64,000 nt of DNA, taken from Selaginella moellendorffii (taxonomy: Eukaryota; Plantae; Lycopodiophyta). The notes beneath the pieces are model-generated. The model searched no databases. It saw only the letters and a program-made list of their open reading frames with translations, and was not told the origin of the DNA. The stretch is taken from positions 1,787,960 to 1,851,959 of the forward strand of contig NW_003314262.1 of the NCBI RefSeq assembly GCF_000143415.4, in the 5' to 3' direction. The translations under genes were made by a program, and so were the position numbers. Each line of letters starts with the position of its first letter. The first letter of the stretch is position 1. Shown in pieces: positions 58,968 to 64,000 of the stretch.

Positions 58968-61900
58968 ATGGGAAAGAGGATGGCTGTGGAGCAGCTCAAC
59001 AAGGCGCTGTGGTGCGACCGCGAGATCTTCGCCACCGGAGGTGAGATTGACGTAGCAAAGTTTCGGATGCCAGCATCGCTGCATGTGGAGGGTGCCGAGA
59101 GGATCAGTCTTCCACTTTCGCCGCTAGGTCTCGCCAAGATAAAGTCCGTGTCCCAGCAAGCTCCATACGGCCTTGGGGAGAGAACTCTCGTCGACACGGA
59201 TGTGAGGCGAGCTTGGCAGATCAATCCCGACAAGGTCTCTTGCCCCGATGTTCCAAACTTCTTCTCGTCGGTGGCCCGCGACTTGGCCGCTCATGGACTC
59301 GCCGCCATGGGGCTGGATTCCACTGCTCTGGAGCTCGACGTCAAGCTCTACAAGCTGCTGCTCTACGAGGCTGGCGGCCACTTCAAGTTCCACAGGGACA
59401 CGGAGAAGGAAGATGGCATGTTTGCCACCATGATCTTGCAACTTCCGACGAGCACGGGACACAGCGGCGCGGCTCTCGCGGTCCGCCAGGGACGGCAGTG
59501 CTGCGAGTTTGATTTCTCGGACGGGAGCTCCAGCCACTACTTCTCGACGATCTTCTTTTGCGACTGCGAGCACCAGCTCAAGGAGGTGACGAGCGGGTCG
59601 AGGTTGTGCCTGGTTTTTAGCCTGGTGAGGAACAACGTGGAGTTTATACCCGCGGAGAACGTCCCGTCGTTCGTCTCGGCTCTTCCCCGAGTGAGAGCTC
59701 TCTTCCAGCAATGGGCTGCTGGCACTGGTGATGATCAAGCAGAAGGTGATGATATAGATGATGATAACCAGGACGATGATATGAAAGATGATGATGATGA
59801 AGACCATAGCAATGATGATAAAGAAGATGTTCAAGACGTCAGCAAGAGAGACAGGAAGGGTCGTAAGCTACTGGCGGTTCCTTTGGCTCACAAGTACTCA
59901 AAGACGAGCCTGTCTTTCGCGGGGCTCAAGGGTCACGACCGCGTGGTGGCCGCTCTCGTGAGAGCTTGCGAGTTTCTAGAGCTCCATCTCTGCATGCTCA
60001 CCAAGCATAAGATTGCGGTGGACGAGCCCGAGGTTGAGTACGTGATTGACAATTGGATCACGGTGGACGACCAGCCAGCAAAGTTTAAGAAGTGGAACAT
60101 AGACGTCAAGCAAGAAGTTCTCAGGGCCTCGGCAAAGACAGCAAAGACAGATTACGATTATGACGACGAGGACGCTGACGCAATTAGCGAGATTGACTTG
60201 TTTGATTTCCTCGAGGACGAGTTCCAAGGAGGGATGCTGGCTGGCAACGAAGGTGGAACTGATCAGTACTTCTATCACGTAGCAGTGCTCGTGGTTTGGC
60301 CCAAGGACAGCTTCATGAGAACGATCTGCTCGTCGTTGGAGGACGTAGCGTGGGTGCTGGACTGGATGAGAGAAACTTATGGCAGTGACTTTGCAGCTCC
60401 TGGATCACCGTCGAGGGGACACTTGCAGGAGATTGTCACGTCTTTGACACACCGGTTTGATTCGCTGGCTTCACTTCTCGAAAGGGACTATTACAGCTTT
60501 GAGGAGAAACAAGAGCTCTTCCAAGATCCGGCAAAGCTGCTCGAAGTTTGCGTCAAGTCTGGGCTTAGCGACGAGGTGCTGTCGATCATGAGGAGCTGGG
60601 GTGTGGAGCTGATAGACACCAAGGAATTCGCCATTGCCGTGCAAGCTTACGGCTGGGAGGCTTGCAAGGAGATCATTGCTGGAGTCATCGAGCGCGTGGA
60701 GAAGACTCCACCTAGGAAACAAGTATCCTTTCTAAGGCAAGACAAAGGTGGTGAAGCTCCTGCGTGGCATGCCGCTGTGATGAAGCTGGGAGGCTTTCCT
60801 TCGCGGCTGCGGGACCAGGTCGGGTATCAGGACGGGGCCATTGGAGCTGCAAAGCTGTTGTGTGCCAAGCTCATCGCGATCTCCACCGAGCTCCCGGCCG
60901 AGTTCCAGGACAGTTACAAACGGAAAAGAGAAGATGATGGGATCATGCTCTTGGTTGATTTTTGCCTCGAATCTGGGCTCCAGGAGGAGGCCTCGCAGAT
61001 CCTCGCCAAGCTAACTCTCCCGAGGCTGCGCGGCGGAACGCTGGCCAAAGTGATGCATTATTTCCCGAGCCGCACCAGTGAAGTGGAGGGAGCCTGGGAC
61101 GAAAGGAAGAAGATGGCGGAAGCGAAAGCGAAAGCGGAGAAGGAAAACCGTTCCTCTTACTATGATTATGTCTATTCCGGATCGAAAGGGCTATGTGAGG
61201 CGTACGTGGGCGACATGGTGGAGTTTATGCTGGAGCTAGAATCGCTGGGACACCACGATGAAGCGCTGCGTTTTGCTGCCAGGCCTTTTCCTTGCGACTG
61301 TGCTACACAGAAGTTAACGGATCCGGGAAGGACCAGTCTACAAGAGCACTGGATTGTGGTTGCACTGCTGCTAAAGCCCGAGGTCATTCTGGGCGACTAC
61401 ATTCTGGGCGAGTACCATCGTTGTGCTGCGATCAACATGATTCAAAAGGCTGCGGGCTTGGTTGGCTTGAAGAACAACGAGGCGGCCAAGAAGGTGTTGG
61501 TCAAGCTTTGCAAGGATGAGGTGGTGGCCACGGCTGATATAGCGGAGATGAGTTCCTGGATTGAATACCACGGTGCCACCTCCAGCAGCAGACAGAAGGA
61601 TCGATTTTATGACGACGTTGACAGTGAGGAGAAGGTGTACAAGACTTGGAAGAAGCAGAAGAAGTTTTTCGAGCTCTTGCTATGGCTGGAGGACGAGGAG
61701 TTGCTGGGAGCGATGGTGGAGTGCGTGAGCAAGAGGGCGAATCTGTTGAGGAGGATGCTGGAGAGGGAGGAGGAGCTCGTGAAAGAGGCCGTGAACCTTG
61801 GGGATGGCGTGAAGAGGGCGATGAAGAAGCTTGTGGAGGTGAGGATGGAGTATGTGTCGAGGGAGCCGAGCTTGGGCGACGTGGTGGAGAGCTTGACGCC

Positions 61901-62069
61901 GGCGTCCAAGAGGCTCAAGCTCTGCGGCGAAGTCGATGTTCGCCAGGCGATTGACAATCCTCGGCAGCAGCGGCGAGTTTACGAGATGGTGGTGGAGAAT
62001 TGGAAAGGCGATAGTGCCGCGAGATTGATCGAGATAGAGAAGCTTCAAGCGCTCTACCAAATGCTTTGA
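58968..62069 (+). CDS. Intronless 2OG-Fe(II) oxygenase-domain protein with long helical C-terminus
   Basis: APYGLGERTLVDTDVRRAWQI, LYKLLLYEAGGHFKFHRDTEK.DGMFATM, CEHQLKEVTSGSRL (HxD...H...R), LAHKYS...LKGHDR. The ORF is open from 58914; ATG 58968 follows a telo-box. Confidence 0.85.
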   Translation: MGKRMAVEQLNKALWCDREIFATGGEIDVAKFRMPASLHVEGAERISLPLSPLGLAKIKSVSQQAPYGLGERTLVDTDVRRAWQINPDKVSCPDVPNFFSSVARDLAAHGLAAMGLDSTALELDVKLYKLLLYEAGGHFKFHRDTEKEDGMFATMILQLPTSTGHSGAALAVRQGRQCCEFDFSDGSSSHYFSTIFFCDCEHQLKEVTSGSRLCLVFSLVRNNVEFIPAENVPSFVSALPRVRALFQQWAAGTGDDQAEGDDIDDDNQDDDMKDDDDEDHSNDDKEDVQDVSKRDRKGRKLLAVPLAHKYSKTSLSFAGLKGHDRVVAALVRACEFLELHLCMLTKHKIAVDEPEVEYVIDNWITVDDQPAKFKKWNIDVKQEVLRASAKTAKTDYDYDDEDADAISEIDLFDFLEDEFQGGMLAGNEGGTDQYFYHVAVLVVWPKDSFMRTICSSLEDVAWVLDWMRETYGSDFAAPGSPSRGHLQEIVTSLTHRFDSLASLLERDYYSFEEKQELFQDPAKLLEVCVKSGLSDEVLSIMRSWGVELIDTKEFAIAVQAYGWEACKEIIAGVIERVEKTPPRKQVSFLRQDKGGEAPAWHAAVMKLGGFPSRLRDQVGYQDGAIGAAKLLCAKLIAISTELPAEFQDSYKRKREDDGIMLLVDFCLESGLQEEASQILAKLTLPRLRGGTLAKVMHYFPSRTSEVEGAWDERKKMAEAKAKAEKENRSSYYDYVYSGSKGLCEAYVGDMVEFMLELESLGHHDEALRFAARPFPCDCATQKLTDPGRTSLQEHWIVVALLLKPEVILGDYILGEYHRCAAINMIQKAAGLVGLKNNEAAKKVLVKLCKDEVVATADIAEMSSWIEYHGATSSSRQKDRFYDDVDSEEKVYKTWKKQKKFFELLLWLEDEELLGAMVECVSKRANLLRRMLEREEELVKEAVNLGDGVKRAMKKLVEVRMEYVSREPSLGDVVESLTPASKRLKLCGEVDVRQAIDNPRQQRRVYEMVVENWKGDSAARLIEIEKLQALYQML

Positions 62070-63012
62070 CGATTTGGTTCTTCCTTTTGCTCTAATTAAA
62101 TTTTCATAGAATATACTATCATTTCAAAACCCGTTGAACCAGCAGTAACCAGCAGTACATTTATAGTCCACTGTCTTGCTCTTCTGCCGGCTCAAGAGCA
62201 TAATTCACGATTCATTTCAAAAGAAGCTGTCCTAGAGCTTTAACCATTGACAGAACAAATTTGGCGATTGATAATTATCATGACATCTTTGCACATGCTT
62301 AAATGGTGGTGCTTTTGCCAGCATTAGCGTTTCTACTAATGTTAGAGGTATGCTATTAGAAAAAGAAATAATCAAATTGTGTGATGTATGACTACAATGT
62401 CATATATTAATATTAACATAATGGGATTTTGGTAGCTATCAGATTAAATCATTCGCTACTATGTATAAATTAGTGGTGAAGATGAAGGGCACTATTGATT
62501 GTCTCTGAAGAGTTATTGAATTTAGGATTTTTGTTTAAATCTAGCTTTTGTATAGTTTAGATCTAATTTTTTCCATTTCCTTTATTTTATTCTTGAAAAT
62601 TTTGATTTGAATTTAGCTTTTAAATTTCCCTTTCTTTCTAGCTTTTTTTATTTCTTTTCTTTTGCTCCTTCTTTTTCATTTATCTTCATGGTAGAGCAAT
62701 AGTCTCCTCCCCCTTTGACTCTAGAGTAGTAGCTGGTGCAATTGCTTGATGCTATCTGATTGTAATTGAACAACCAAACTTAGTTGATAGTGGCATTCAC
62801 AACACATGGTATAGTTCCTTCTACTTTTTGTGTTAATCCTCGTATTTGGCTGGAGTTCTTTTGTGGGAATTTTAGGGATGATGTGTATCATTGGTTTGAT
62901 CACTTTACAGTGATTGCTATATATCATTATTAGGATGATGTTCAACATTTGCATGAGTTTCTTACATGTTTCCAAGGGACGGCATTGTAGTGGTACAATA
63001 GTTTGAGTGCAG

Positions 63013-64000
63013 TGTGAGACACAAATCCCTAATCCCCAAAAGGGAGCTGAAGGGGTGCCACGTGGTAGTGGCCGAAGCAAAAACCAAACGAGCGTAACAT
63101 GTTTGGACTAAAAGTTTCGACTTGAAAGGTCGAGAGCAAGAGTGGAACTCCTAACGAAGTGCTCAAGGAATAAGCATGAAGAGAACAATAAATGAATCTT
63201 TAGAAAAGGGACACAAGAGGACAACACATGACATGTGGAAGTGTCTGAGATGGAGTCTAAGATGGATCTGAGATGGAGTTCAAGATGGATTTGAGATGGA
63301 GTCCGAGATGGACCTGAGATGGAGTCCGAGATGGAGTCCAAGATGGAGTTCGAGATGGAACCGAGATGGAGTTTGAGATGGAATCGAGATGGAGTCCGGG
63401 ATGGACCCGAGATGGAGTCCAGGATGGACCAAGATGGAGTCCGAGATGGAGTCCAAGATGGACCCAAGATGGAATCCAAGATGGAGTCCGAGAAGGACCT
63501 GAGATGGAGTCCAAGACCGAAACCGAGACCGAGACTAGGACCGCGACTGAGGTCGAGTCCAAGTTTGAGTCCGAGTCTGAGTTCGAGTCCGAATTCGAGT
63601 TCGAGGGTGAAAGCCCAAAGCATTCGTCTCCTAGACCCTAGGGGTTTTGGTGAGCTCCAAAAGTATAGTAGCGGGGAGGACTCTAGTGGAGCTAATTTGG
63701 CCAAGAAAGGCCAGTTTGGCCCAAGAAGGCCATACCCAAGTGTTGAGTGATGGGATAACCACTGGCAAGTCCAAGGTTAGAGTGAATATGGACCGAAAAG
63801 TGGGGTAGCTTGGTGAAGTGTTCAAGAGTTGGCTCTAGTTCCCCTGGGAGGTTGAATGGCCAATGCTCCCAGTCCAAGTGTGGGTGGCACTACCTACTTG
63901 GATACCTGACGTGGCTCAATGGAACCTTGCTCTAAGCCCATAACTAGAGCACCCAAAGGCGGAAGGTGGGGAGAGTATTTATAAGGCTCGCGTAGGGCCA
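63013..64000 (+). mobile_element. LTR of the same large family, running off the window
   Basis: Starts TGTGAGACACAAATCCC and is collinear with 6654-7620, including the minisatellite. Confidence 0.9.

Overview
Eukaryotic plant nuclear DNA. Compact ~45-70 bp GT-AG introns, an axonemal dynein, IQUB, an intronless PLS-class PPR and telo-boxes point to a flagellate-sperm land plant, most likely the lycophyte Selaginella (inference). 1-870: 3' part of an FCP1/NIF-like HAD phosphatase ORF interrupted by one in-frame stop. ~1.3-25 kb: a nest of related LTR retroelements without intact ORFs, with several insertions resolved by 5-bp TSDs. It includes a complete 7.4-kb element (6654-14041, TSD GTGGG), a 592-bp Cassandra-type TRIM with a 5S rRNA segment in its LTRs (5351-5942, TSD GTTGG), element C (15978-22903, TSD GGCCG) and a Gypsy integrase relic. 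26-62 kb is gene-dense: PPR protein, coiled-coil protein, ASNSD1, SAM-domain protein, Pin2-like secreted inhibitor, inner-arm dynein heavy chain, RPL15, IQUB, a hypothetical membrane protein, an F-box protein and an intronless 2OG-Fe(II) oxygenase-domain protein. Another LTR begins at 63013. Top leads: the large LTRs appear to carry a decayed 5S promoter segment and other cis-elements shared with the Cassandra TRIM; their internal pol relics appear antisense to the PBS/PPT; the PPR has a repeated insertion in its L motifs; the Pin2-like protein has acidic P1 residues. All family assignments are from motif recognition by eye; no searches were run.
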